Assembly (NCBI GenBank): GCA_053919585.1
Contig: CM132792.1
DNA length: 64,000 nt
Direction: 5' to 3' (one strand)
Source: Euprymna scolopes
Taxonomy: Eukaryota
Below the pieces are notes generated by a model, which did no database searches, was not told the DNA's origin, and worked only from the letters and a program-made list of their open reading frames with translations. The position numbers and the translations under genes are program-made. Positions 1 through 12,285 of this stretch are shown piece after piece (the first letter of the stretch is position 1; every line of letters begins with the position of its first letter).

Positions 1-2
1 TG

Positions 3-773
3 AATCTCTCATGATAGGATGTGTCTCCTAGCGGCTTCGGCTGCAGGGAGACAGGGTAGAAGTACTCGTTAAGGATCCGTTCGTGACACTCAGTCCGACA
101 GGCGAGGGCCGGGAACCGGCCCAGCACCTGTCGTACTGATGTACGCCGCCTGGGTAATACCTAGAAGGTCCACCCTCCCAGGCCTTGCTCTTGGGCTTTC
201 CGGTGGAGTAAGTTTATAGCTTACTGCCCGAGGCGCCCCTACCTGGGAATGCCGACTGGGTTACTCAGGCAATTTTTACAATTGTAGGAGTGCCCCTCCG
301 TTAGGAGAGCCTACTTGTTTCCCACTTTCCAGGCTTGTGCCACATTATGCTGAGGTGGGTAGCAAATAATCTCTACCCCATTATTAATCTCTCATTATGG
401 GATGTGTCTGCTAGCGGTTTCGGCTGCAGGGAGACAGAGTAAATTACTCGTCAAGGATCCGTTTTTTACACTCAGCCCGACAGGTGAGGGGCCGGGAACC
501 GGCCCAGCACCTGTCGGACTGAGGTACGCCGCCTGGGTAATACCTAGGAGGTCCACTCTCCCATGCCTTATCACTGGGCTTTCCGGTGAAGTAAGTTTAT
601 CACTTACTGCCTAAAGCGCCCCGACCGGGGAATGCCGACGGGATTACTCAGGCAATTTTTTCAATTGCAGGAATGCCCCTCCTTTAGGGGACACTGCTGG
701 ATCCCCACTTTCCGGCTTTGTGTCACATTTTGCTGAAGTGGGCAGCAAATAAATCTCTACCCCACTATGAATC
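3..773 (+). repeat. Two head-to-tail copies of a ~383 bp GC-rich, structured unit; the array may extend upstream of the window
   Basis: Unit 1 (3-385) and unit 2 (386-773) align end to end, e.g. gggccgggaaccggcccagcacctgtcg and gccgcctgggtaatacctag in both. Boundaries fall at aatc (3, 386, 770). Confidence 0.92.
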
Positions 774-1439
774 AAAAATATTGCAACATCCCCCCTATTT
801 TTTTTTTATAATTGTGAAGTCCCTTGTGTCAATTCTGCTCAAAAATAAATATCTGTTCTTATATTCAATTATACATAACAAAAATTAGAGTATTTGGATC
901 CTAAAATTTAGCATGTAAAAAGACGCCATTTTAAATTGTGTTTAAATCTCAAACATATGGGTACAGAGGAGACAAATAAAAGAAATTTAACGTATTTTAC
1001 TTTAAAAATGGGTGTGTATGTGAAAAAGAAACATCTTCTAATTTAATTATGCAGTTTTGTTAAAAAGCATACATATAAATAAATACACATAAAAATAAAC
1101 ATACATGCAACATGCACCCGTTTAATGAGAGGGTTTTGTTTGCTTGTTTTTGTTTTTTGTTAATAAAAACAGTGCAAAAATAGGACATATTTGAAAAATA
1201 AGAAAAAAAACTTATGTGCAAAAAAAAAGAAGTCAATTGTAATTTATGCGCGCCTTAAAATAAGCATGCACACTGTATTTGTCGAAAAGAAAATCGAACA
1301 GAAAACGTTTGCAAAAAAAATGATGCAAAAAACTATTTGTCAAAATAAAATTTACAAAGAAAAGGTTTTAAAATTGACTTCTTTTTTATTTTCTTTTTTT
1401 ATTTCAGCAGTAGTATTAGTTAGTATTTTGATGATGTAT

Positions 1440-1640
1440 CTCGATTGATTCATCGTAATAAGTCCTTTGCTTTGAGTAAATTCTATCCCTCCAAACCAGG
1501 ATATTTGCCAAGATCAGTCATTTTGAATCTTTTACTTAATTTGTTATTAACATCGGTCAGCATTATGTCAAAGTTTGATGCGATTAAAATATCATCGACC
1601 CACAAAACCAAAATCAGTATTTTATCGTTTTTGTGTTGGG
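1440..1640 (-). mobile_element. Ty1/copia reverse transcriptase fragment
   Basis: Translation ILILVLWVDDILIAS...LSKRFKMTDLGK matches the copia RT L(Y/W)VDD...F.M.DLG motif. Confidence 0.85.
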
Positions 1641-1870
1641 TCGCAAAGGATAGAATTAGCTGCAAAGGTCTTGGCAGAGAGGTTGACTTTGCTGATGCTG
1701 ACGAGATTACCTCAGACCCATTGATAATAGTTGGGATAGAGCACACGCTTCTGTTCAGGATTCTGTTTGCTATTTGCAAAAACTGGTGGGAGCCAAGCCG
1801 CTGGGCAGTTACTTTGAACTTGATGAACTGAGCATACAACTCTCTTGCGTTCTTTATTGCTTTCTTACAA
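1640..1870 (-). mobile_element. CR1-clade LINE ORF2 linker fragment (between EN and RT)
   Basis: QRLGSHQFLQIANRILNRSVCSIPTIING, then (shifted frame) KVNLSAKTFAANS. Homologous to the QK.GNRDFWKIYNSVVN region of the LINE at ~33525-33680. Confidence 0.7.
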
Positions 1871-2188
1871 TATGTAATTACTAGGACAATAACAAGAGAA
1901 TATTATTTTCATTTTTTGTACTCTCAAGTATATATCAGACAATTTCTCATATGTTTTTTAGATATTGATGCGATTCTCTGTTGATTAACTGTGTCTAACT
2001 GTGTTGGATATATACCCGACAGTCAAAACTATTAAAAGAATATTCTCTTGTCACAGCCATAGTGATTGCCTATTTTGTATTTTTATAATTAAAAACAGGG
2101 CGAGTGAATCGAAATGAAACTATTGTAATAGGCCTAATAAACCACATCTAAGAGAAGTTGTAAATGTAAAAGTTTTCAAATAGAAATA

Positions 2189-2252
2189 CATCTTCTTGAG
2201 AATGATCTGCTTGTGTTCGTTCGCATCTTCTTGAGAATGATCTGCTTGTGTT
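2189..2252. repeat. Short tandem duplication, period ~35 bp
   Basis: catcttcttgagaatgatctgcttgtgtt occurs twice in succession. Confidence 0.9.
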
Positions 2253-4222
2253 TTAGGTAAAAGCGGACGAAATGAAAAAAGACGTATATAAGATTATATA
2301 TCCGAACAATCTAAATATATTCGTTTTGCTGTTATAGAATTTGACACGAACCAAAATAAGAAATTATGTTCAAAAAATAAAAAAAAGATCTCACATGGTA
2401 AGGTTAATCTCATCTATTGTAGTACAAATCAATATACGAGTTAACTGAAAATAACAAACGATGACAACGTTATATTAGGACGAATAATACTATAAAGACG
2501 ATTAGTTCTCTTATTTAATATGTAGTCAACGAAAACGGTTTCGAGTGTTTGATTGTGAAGCCTTTCAGTCCTGGTAAGATATCTGGATACCTGACACAAG
2601 GCAAAATAGACAAAGCAATCAAAATTTGTCGAACAGTCAGACTGACAAAATGAGTGAGTGCTTTTGTTTGAAGATGAAAGAACAATTCATTCACATATGC
2701 AGAAAAATTTAAAACATTACGAACAAGATTTATACATGAATTCAAATTTATTTAATATTAATTAAAAGAAAAACTACCCGAATAAATTCCAAAATAAAAA
2801 AAAAATGTATAATGCTTCGGCGTGAACAGACAAACAGCGTTCTTTTCCATGGTTTCCAAAGACAAAAATGAGTTTATTATTTTAATTACGAATGATTTGA
2901 TAACAATTTGTGCATATGTATTTAAATGAAAACTAACCATAAAACAATAGCAATACATATATATGTACATAATATTAGTATGTATACATAATACTTGTAT
3001 GTATATGTGTGCTTAAAATATTAGTATGCCTGAAGGTATGTTTGTATCTATGCATATAATAGTATATATATATATATATATATTATAATATTAGTATGCA
3101 TATATACATATACATATTATTAGAGTGTATATGCATATATAAAATTAATATATATGCATATAATATATATATGTATATAATATATGTAAATATGTGTTTA
3201 ATGATATGACTAGAAATGTATGTAATTATTTTTGTGTGCAGTTTTAGGGATATACTTTTGGTTTGACCTCACTAAAATAAAGCTAAATTAGATGTGCTGG
3301 GCTTCCCTCGTATATTAGTACATTATATCGAAGGCTTTATTTGTGGATCGGCTCTCATATAGCAAAGTGCTCCCCGGACCCCTAGGGACATCAATCAATC
3401 ACCGCTAGCAAAAGCGGTTACTATGTAGACATATGAAGTCTAGCATATAAAAGATCACTCATCTTTACAGTACCATTCCCATACTCGACGCTTAAGTTCT
3501 AAATAAAAACAAGACGGTTGCATCTTAAGAACGGTCATCGTATATCAGAGTTATTATTTGTAATAGAATAAAAGAATATGCATCATTGATTTTAAAGATT
3601 TTGTTTTTTTCCTTGGTTTTATTACACTATACCATGGGTAATATAAGTATTAATTATCAAACTGATACAAAACGGATTCTAACACATGACATAGTACTTT
3701 CAATCAGGCAACAATGTTTCACGTTTTCTGTTATTCCATTTCCGTTTATGACAACTATTTTCATTACTAATTTTAAACATCATTCAGCCAAAGAATTCTA
3801 GACAAAGTCAGATCGAGTTTTTTTCTTTTTTTTATCTATATGAGTTAACATTGGATTTTTACAATAATTTCAAAAACTAATTATTATGGAAAGTATTGCT
3901 TGAATGAAACTTCAAGACGTCTAAATTATCATTAGTAATTAATCGTAGTTTTTTTTTGCATTGACAATTGATGGTACGCGGAATGGTTTTATAAAAACAA
4001 TTAATGATAAAACAAACTACACACGTATTTCCGAAAAAAACAGACACCATCAGAATAGAGGTGAACGTGATGTATAATTAATCAGTTGGATGAGATAATA
4101 TTTTAAGCATATATTGAATAATAATCTGTTGAATTGAAATTGTCATAAATCCTAATTTAACTTGTAAATTATATTATCTTGTAAGTACAAATATATTCAC
4201 TTCCCTACTCTGACGTTGTAGA

Positions 4223-4270
<48 letters not shown>

Positions 4271-4296
4271 TTTACCTTGCACTTTACGAATGCTTA

Positions 4297-4346
<50 letters not shown>

Positions 4347-4347
<1 letters not shown>

Positions 4348-5250
4348 TAGCTGTACCCTGGAACGCGTTGCTGTGGCTCAAATTGGCGCAATGGGAAAAG
4401 TTCCAAAATGAGAAAAAGCATGTTTCTTATAGGTTTAATTTTCCATTTTGCATAGGTACACAGTTTTTGTTGTTCCATTTTCTTAGCTGATATAGAGATT
4501 TTCCGGTTTGGTGACTCTTGAATATGTAACATAAATTGTCCATGTGAAAAAACAGTCAGTGTGTAACTGTAAGGCCCACAATTGTAAAAATTGTTCCCTG
4601 TGCTTTGTTGATGGTTATTGCAAATGACAATTAAATTGGAAAGTGCATTTTCCTAAAGTGTAATAATGTATTCGGTGGAATCATAGGAATGCGTGGAATG
4701 AAGATATATTCATCTGTGAAAGGTCCTGTTAAGATTGTTGTTTCTATGATAATGTTTGTTATTTTTTTTTTTACTGTAAGCTATGTGCCATTGCAAAGCT
4801 TGGATTGGTTTATATTTCACAACATGATAATTAGCCACGCAAATCCTGCAAGGATCGACCAAGAGCCTCAAGTGATTGTTTGCGTACCATTGTGCATTCA
4901 TCCTAAATAATAAGTTTGCATTTCTGCAATATTTTCCCCATATTGAATGTTTTGGAGATGTTTAACATGAGGTTTTTGAAAAATTGAATGTTTTAAAGTA
5001 GAATAAATAATTCTTCTACTTGGCAGCAAGGTCGCAGGTATTCCTCATGCAGCAAGGGCTAAGGCTATGTCACTTTTTACCAAATGACTGCCAAAATCAA
5101 TTTAATTAGTAAGGTTTTACCAGTTACTTTTGGTGCTGTTCAAGGTAGCAGTAATTTCCAAATAACTTCTATTCTCACAGTCAAATTACAGTCAATTAGG
5201 TGACTAAAATATGATTTATCCATGTTTTGACAATGCCTTATTCACTGTAA
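4347..5250 (-). mobile_element. Helitron 3' remnant with decayed PIF1-type helicase C-terminus
   Basis: Minus-strand frames give KLCNGT, IPRIPMIP, FPI*LSFAITINKAQG and CFSHGQ. The element ends in gcaacgcgttccagggtacagCTAG (CTAG at 4347-4350), a Helitron-type 3' end. Confidence 0.85.
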
Positions 5251-5259
5251 TTAAATTAG

Positions 5260-5585
5260 GAGACTAAAATAGGATGAGGGATTAGAGATGGGCAGATAGA
5301 GAGGAAGATATATAGATAGAAAAGAGAAAGTGAGAGGAAAATAGAGAAAGAGAAGGAGATAGAGAGATAACGGGATTGATAGATAAACAGAGAGAGGGTG
5401 AGAGTTAGAAACAGAGAGGGATGAGACAGAGGAAAGGAGAGAGATAGAGGGAGTTAGAGAGAGAAAGGGGCTCAAAGAGAGATGGAGAGGGTGATATAGA
5501 GAGAAAGATAAATTGAGAGAGGGAGAGGAGAGATTGATAGAGAGATATTAAGAGAGGAACAGAGAGGGGGAGAGAAACAGAAGGT
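5260..5585. repeat. Degenerate (GA)n microsatellite
   Basis: Purine-rich gagaga/gataga tract. It explains spurious ORFs 5251..5475 and 5405..5599. Confidence 0.9.
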
Positions 5586-6179
5586 GAACTACACTTCACC
5601 GTTTTTTTCCTCGTTCAGTAGAGGAGAAATATTTCGAGACTGAGGCAATTTTAATGTTTTGTTATTATCCAGAGTACCCCTTTTTTGGGAGGGGGTAGAT
5701 TTTCCTCACATTAGAAACCGACCGGGTTATCTGTACTTTCACTTAACAAATTAATAAAAGAAAAACATATTGTAAAATTTGAATTTAACATGAAAATACT
5801 TTTGTAAAAAATAGCACAATAACATAAGTGCATAAGTGCCACTTTAAGTACTCCTTGGGCGTTGAGTTCCATGGCGAGCAGCATAATTATTTAATGGTCG
5901 CTCCCTTTAGGCCCCCTAGTCAAGGCTAATGCATGCGCACGTAACATTTTTTTTATTTACTGACGTTGGCTTAGTAACTAAACGATTTATAGATAATTTC
6001 GTAACCCTTAAACGCATACCGGAAGATTTAAATTGGTTCATTATTGTTGTAATGAAAAAAAGTCTCATTCAACACAAAACCAAAACCACATATTAATGAT
6101 AAATGATTTATTATTCTATTAATTGAAATTTACTAATTTTTCAATAAAAAAAAGTAAAAAAAAGTTAATAAAAAATAGT

Positions 6180-8230
6180 TGCTTATGTGCGCATAAAAAA
6201 CTTGTTTTTTTTGTTTTGTTTTTAGACTAGGTCCACCTTATAATCACCCACCACCTCCTCATCTTATGAACAGCTTCCAGAATAAACGCCACTTTTGGAG
6301 GGGGGCTATTTGCAAAATTTAACTGATATTTGTTGTCAGCATACCCACCCGAAAATACTATTAAAAAACAAGGAGGGGTTCAGTGCCCGTGGCAGAGAAG
6401 TAGATTTATTTATCAATAAAAGTTGCGGAGAAGTAAATTCATTTATCAATAAAAGTCGGCACTTAAAAAAGAAAATTGTGGAGGTGGGCCTAAAAAGTAA
6501 AAAAAATTGTTTATCCGCGCATGTAAATTAAAAAATATTTGTAAAAGTGAGAAGTTATCAGTAAATGATTTAGTTTTTTTTTAAATTTATTTATTTATTT
6601 TTTTTTACATTAGGTCCACCTCCACAAATGTTAAGAACAGCTTTCAGAATAAACACCCTCAACCTCTCCATGTTTACAACGGATTTTGGTAATAAAAAAT
6701 TTAAAAAAAGGTCGATAAAAGTCGTCATTTAAAAAGAAATTTAAAATAAAATGTTTGTAAAAGTGAGAAATTATTAATACATGTTTAATAACATTTTTCA
6801 GTGCTAATGCAGAGAGTGATCCGCGCTATTTTTTAAATCGTATTTCCACGTTTAATTAAAGTTTTTTGATATGTTATTTTTTATTCAATTGCAAGGTTAA
6901 AGTAGAGAATAGGTGCAAAACACCCTCTCCTCCCCATGTATTTTTTTTTGTCAAATAAATAAATTTCATGCAATTTTTGTAATAAATAATAGATAGCAAC
7001 TTCGTTAATTTTACGACTCGCCCCAGCATATTATAAACAGTAAACACCCTAACTTCCACATGTTAAAACGGCTTTTGGAATAAACACCCCCAACCTCCCC
7101 ATATTAAGAACGGCTTTCGAGGTTTATGGAAGGGCGTTTTTTTAACATGTGGAGGTTAGGGTTTTTATAATACGTTGAGGCATGTCTTAAAAATGAAACA
7201 GTTTAGAAAAAGTTGAAACAAACTTTTTATGTAAACAATACCGTGAAAAGAAACTAAACAATTAAAACATAATGTTTCATGAGTGAAAAGCCTTAACATA
7301 AATTTCGAAATTCAAACATTGGTAAGTACATAAATAAATTTAAAATTTTAAAATATGGGATTATTTTTTTGTGCTAATGCAGAGAGTGATCCGCGCTATT
7401 TATTTTTAATCGTATTTCCACGTTTAATTAAAGTTTTATGATATGTTTTTTTATTCAACTGTAAGGTTAAAGTACAGAATAGGTACAAAACACCCTCCCT
7501 TCCTCATCTTAAGAATGGCTTTTTAAATAATAACGGTATTATTTCAGCACGGATCACTCTCTGTATGAGTAAGTTTATTCGCAGTAATGGCTTACGAAAA
7601 TATATATATTTATTTTATTTTATATTTTAATAATTCGCGAGGTAAATTTATTTTAATAGCATAAACACATACCTCGACTCTAAAGATGGGTTAGGTGAAA
7701 GTACAGTACTCATGCAGAGAGTGATCCGTGTTGTAATAATAACGTTAATGTTTAAAAAGCCATTCTTAACATGGGGAGGGGAGGCTGTATTTTAACCTGA
7801 CAATTGGATAAAAAACATAATAAAACTAATTAAACCTGGAAATACGATTTAAAAAATAGCGCGAACAAAAAGAAAACTGTACTTTACCAACCAATCTTAT
7901 ATCGACATAAAAACTCAAAAAGCAAGCGACAAACTTTTTTTTGGCCTCATATAATAAATAAAAAATGTGTAAATTAAAAAATTTGGAAGATAAACAAATG
8001 AATTATGTTTTTTTTTGTTTTGTTTTTTTACTTATCGAGTTAAGAGAAAATGAAATCTTTCGTCAATTCGTGGCTGTGAAATTAATCGAATCGGAAGTTC
8101 AGTTTTATCAACAAAGCAGATTCGCACTAACGGTTTAAAAATATATTTATTTTATTTAATATTTTAATAATTCGCGAGGTAAATTTATTTGATTAACATA
8201 AAAACATACCTTGACTCTAAAGATGGTTTG
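6180..8230. repeat. Complex of direct and inverted subrepeats (foldback- or MITE-like)
   Basis: gtgctaatgcagagagtgatccgcgctatt block at ~6800 and ~7370, with an inverted copy at ~7710-7865. aagaac.gcttt..gaataaacaccc subrepeats at ~6265, 6632 and 7065. 7600-7690 is duplicated at 8140-8225. Confidence 0.7.
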
Positions 8231-8299
8231 TCTGAAAATTTCAAATGAATTGGAAACGTAGAAATATAGTTTTATTCGCTTGTAACGAACCAAATTTAC

Positions 8300-8360
<61 letters not shown>

Positions 8361-8924
8361 AATTTTACCTTGCACTTTACGAATGCTTGCTAAAATCATA
8401 TATACACCTGCCAATTCTTTTGTCGTTATTCGTAGAATTTAAACAGAGAAGTTTTTATCAATATATAAGATTTATTTGCAAGAAAGCCTTTCGCCAATTG
8501 ACAAAGAGAGTGAGGCGTTAAGTGCACGAGTTGGTTGGCATGTGTGATGAAAAAGAGATGTAAAATATGCCAATCACGCTCGCTGTTGTCAGTCTGAAAT
8601 TTTCTATGTTATATTGTTTATGTAATCTCTTCTCTATACATCAATCAGTATTCCTTGGAATGTAAATATTAAGACATTACATTCTTCTTTTCTATTTTGC
8701 ATTGCGCAAGTCATAAGTCCTGACCGGAATTGTAAACATTATTGTTTCTTTGATAATTAAAATTGTGATCATTTTATCGGACACAATAATGTAGATCAAA
8801 ATCCATATATAGTCTGTGTCTGACAATCTTTAGCTTTTAAAATGTGCGTCGCCACGTTTCAATATGCAACACTGCATAAGTAGTGTTAGTACGGAACCGT
8901 TATATGCTAAGAAAACGTTCCCCT

Positions 8925-11002
8925 TGCTCTTTTACGTTGTCAAAAAGTATATGCTTATTTCGTGAACAGAATGCACTACATAGTATAAAAATGAGAGACT
9001 AGAAACTAAGATGAATAAATATTATTTAGTGCTGATGAGTATACATGTTGAAAATGTCTCTTTAGGAAAACATAAATTGTGTTCTATAAATAAAAATTAC
9101 TCTCAATGTCTCCGTCTATGTGCAGATAATAAACATAATATATAATTCACGCATATTAACTCAATATACTCTTCTGATTCTTTAATATTTTTTCTTAACA
9201 TTTATAAACTACGCATTTAACCAAGTAAATATTTAAGTTTTAAGTGAAAATGGGATCTGACGATATTAGCATTATAAACATTACTAGATTACTAATGTGT
9301 AATATTGCCTCAATAATTGTTCGACCAAACATACATCCCTATTAACGTATGAATTTCAATAACTAATATAATGAGGAGGTATGATTACAAACCCATAAAT
9401 AACGAAGTATATACATATATATATTTATATATATATATGTGTGTTTGTATAAATATATATATATATATATATATTTATTTATTTATACAAAGGACGTCTT
9501 GCGATTGCTGTAGTGAAATGCAGGAGTAAAATCTCATCCTTAGAATGGATATTTCTTGGGCAGGGTTGCATATAAAGTCGTTTTTAATTAAGGCGTTCAA
9601 ATGGAAAAGAGTTAAAATTACAGAACGAGACTTGAATCAGGATACTTGTCAGAATAACCTTCCAAGATCAATATAAATGAGAAAGGAGCCAAAGAGTGAA
9701 ACGTAGAAGTAAACAGAAAAAGCAGAAATAAGGTCAAAGCAAGACTTGGTATCTTACAATGACACTGTTTATTTGTGTACTACTAATGGACTGAAACAGG
9801 ACAGGAAAAAGTTAAAGTATATTGGAGGCAATTAAAATAGAGAGGCGAAAGAGTGAAGCCTAAGTAAAATGTGACTGATTACTTAGTGTAAGAGAATGAT
9901 AGTTTGAAATAAGGGGGGACATGGTAAAAAAATAGATAGATACAGAAATAAATGAGTAAATTCTAACATATGTATAATTAAAAATTATATATCTCCATTA
10001 ATAAAAAAATAAGTAAAGATAATATAGATTAATAAGGCGTGTATGAAATAACTGTTAAATTTGATAAAAGAAAATTAGTAAGAAATTCATATTGAAATAT
10101 GCAAGACACTAAAACACATATGTATCTAGATAAAGGATACAGTGAGGCGAACAATTATAGAGCAAATATTACACTTTAGTCATCCAGTAATGTAAGCGAT
10201 GCTAATATCATCAGACCCCATTCTCACTTAAAACTTAAATATTTATTTGGTAAAATGCACAGTTTATAAATATTAAGAACAACACATAATGCAGAATCAG
10301 AAGAGTACATTGAGTTAATATGCTTAACTTATATGGTGTGTATATTTTGCAAATAGACAGAGAAATTGTGGGTAATTGGTGTTTATAGAAAACCATTTAT
10401 TTTTGCCTATGAAGACAATCTCAATATGTATAGTCATAAGCACTAAATGAATACATAAATCTTGGTTTCTAGTCTCTCATTTTCATACTATGTAGTGCAT
10501 TCTATCCACGAAACAAGCAAATAATTTTGACAAAGTCGTAGAGTAAGTCTTACATATTTCTGTTTTACTTCCCCACTAATTTTGTTTTCTCAGTTTAAAC
10601 AGTTCGTTCGCACACGGCCTATGTATGTACATTATTATTATTATGTTAAAATGCTCACTGGTGTATATATATTTTTCAATGATACACTTTTTTCGAATTT
10701 ATTTTTTTATCTATCTTTCGTTTACAAATTTCCTCTTTATACTAAATTATCTGTCTCTCATACCAATTTACCTGACTTTATGCTTCCCCTTTTCCTTTTT
10801 CTCTGTCCCGTTTAATTTAATTATAAATATATTATAAAGTTTCCCTTCCGTTCACTTTTATGTTTTACACATTCGAACTTTTCTGATTTGCCGATTAAAT
10901 CTTGTTCTCTATTTTTAACTCTTTTCCATTTCAAACATGTATTAAAAAAAACTTCATATGACTCTGCATAAGGATGGCATATTACTCCTGCATGTCACTA
11001 CA
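8925..11002. repeat. Interleaved inverted repeats A-B-A'-B'
   Basis: A (~8925-9325) is the reverse complement of A' (~10145-10545), e.g. agaatgcactacatagtat / atactatgtagtgcattct. B (~9505-9990) is the reverse complement of B' (~10600-11002), e.g. aaatggaaaagagttaaaa / ttttaactcttttccattt. Confidence 0.8.
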
Positions 11003-11074
11003 GGATATTTTACACTGACTTTTAGTTTCTTTCTCTAACCCCGGATATTTTCTAAAGAGATTAAAAATGGTTAT

Positions 11075-11348
11075 TGTTGTGGTGGCAACCACTTATTTGC
11101 ATATGCGAATAACATAACACTATAAATGGCAAGCCTAGGTTGGCCTTGGTGTGTCTTACTCAAATGCCACCGGAAGTGACGCCGAAGAGCGTACATGTCC
11201 TCCCACCAAGACTCTCTGACTCGACACTGTCATTTGTACATATTGTAAATATACCTTTTCTTTAATACACTTATTATTGCGTTATCTTGTTGTTTGCGTC
11301 TTGATTGTATTTCCTTACTAATTATTGCTCAACCTTGCAACCACAACA
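11075..11348 (+). repeat. 5' LTR (274 bp)
   Basis: tgttgtggtggca...tgcaaccacaaca with terminal inverted ends. Matches 16191-16462 apart from about five substitutions and a 2 bp indel. Confidence 0.97.
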
Positions 11349-11350
11349 GT

Positions 11351-11360
11351 TGGCGACGAG
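11351..11360 (+). promoter_or_regulatory. Primer binding site, probably tRNA-Ser(GCT)
   Basis: TGGCGACGAG lies 2 nt after the LTR and is complementary to the ...CTCGTCG-CCA 3' end of metazoan tRNA-Ser(GCT). Confidence 0.8.
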
Positions 11361-12285
11361 ATATGAAGCGTCAAATATAACAGTTTGACGAAGAACTATT
11401 TAAAAAAAAAAATTAAAAAGTACAACACAAAGGTTGACCATTTTTTTACGGAATGCAAAGTGTTGACGAGCAAACGGATTTTACGCTAAAGAGAAGTTTC
11501 AAGTCAAGTGAAAAAAAAACTCTAACGTGGAAAAAGCGACAATTTACGCCGTTTTCTGGGAATCCGACTTGCAAACGAATGTAAGAAATAATTTTTGTTT
11601 GTCGCTACACGACAAATCTTACTAAAGGACCAACTTGCAAACGAAAAGCGAACTTTGTTCTGTCGCAAAAACGAAAGGTCAGACCCGTATTACGAAAAGC
11701 AAGGAAGTAACCTACGAAAAAAGTTCACAAGTGGATTCTAATTACTGTTCTCCGTAAACAAAACAACAACTAAAGGACTTTTTAATTAATGTTTTGGTTG
11801 ACGTCGGTACTAAAAGGAAATACCACAGCTAAAACTAAAATTCAAGGAAAGGATTTTTTTCTTGAAGTTGTCACTGAATAACGGATAATACAGTAAAACG
11901 TCACGGAAAAAAGGGAATCTCAATTTAAGAGGTACTTTAATTACTAAAATACTAGAGAAAAAAATCAAAGAAATAAATGTACTGCATACATTTATTCAAT
12001 TGTGACTCGAAAAAAAAAAACTTTTATTTTGTGGAAAGAGTTACTTATTAGTAAGTGCCTAAAAACGGAAAGTCAATTCCATTTCGTGATTCCAGATATA
12101 CCTGTTTTATTTATTTTTTTTGCAGCTTGACTCGCAAAAAGAATATATTATTGCAAGCAGCGATATTATTATTGAAAACAGGAGCTTACAGCAATTTGCT
12201 TTTTTGTTGTAACCTAAACCGGTGTATATGGTACATGGTACAATATTTTTTTAACTACACACTAAAAAAAACAAAACAAAAAAAC

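Noticed and set aside
60-100. Minus-strand ctgagtg-tcac-gaac as a hammerhead in the tandem unit
   Set aside because: The core deviates from CUGANGA/GAAA and is not conserved in unit 2.
110-126. gaaccggcccag resembling SRP (7SL) RNA
   Set aside because: The following GGTCGGAAAC helix-8 motif and the Alu domain are absent.
402-614. 70 aa ORF in the tandem unit
   Set aside because: The reading frame is not preserved in unit 1 (indels) and it has no recognisable motif.
4290-4490. YIYIYI-, CVCV- and SLSL-type ORFs throughout the window
   Set aside because: They are translations of microsatellites.
9028-9062. ctgatgag...gaaa hammerhead-like string
   Set aside because: There is no stem II or stem I pairing, and the inverted homolog at ~10420-10445 lacks the core.
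9250-9310. CTGA(C/T)GA conserved in both A arms
   Set aside because: It is followed by GTAA rather than GAAA, and there is no stem I/III.
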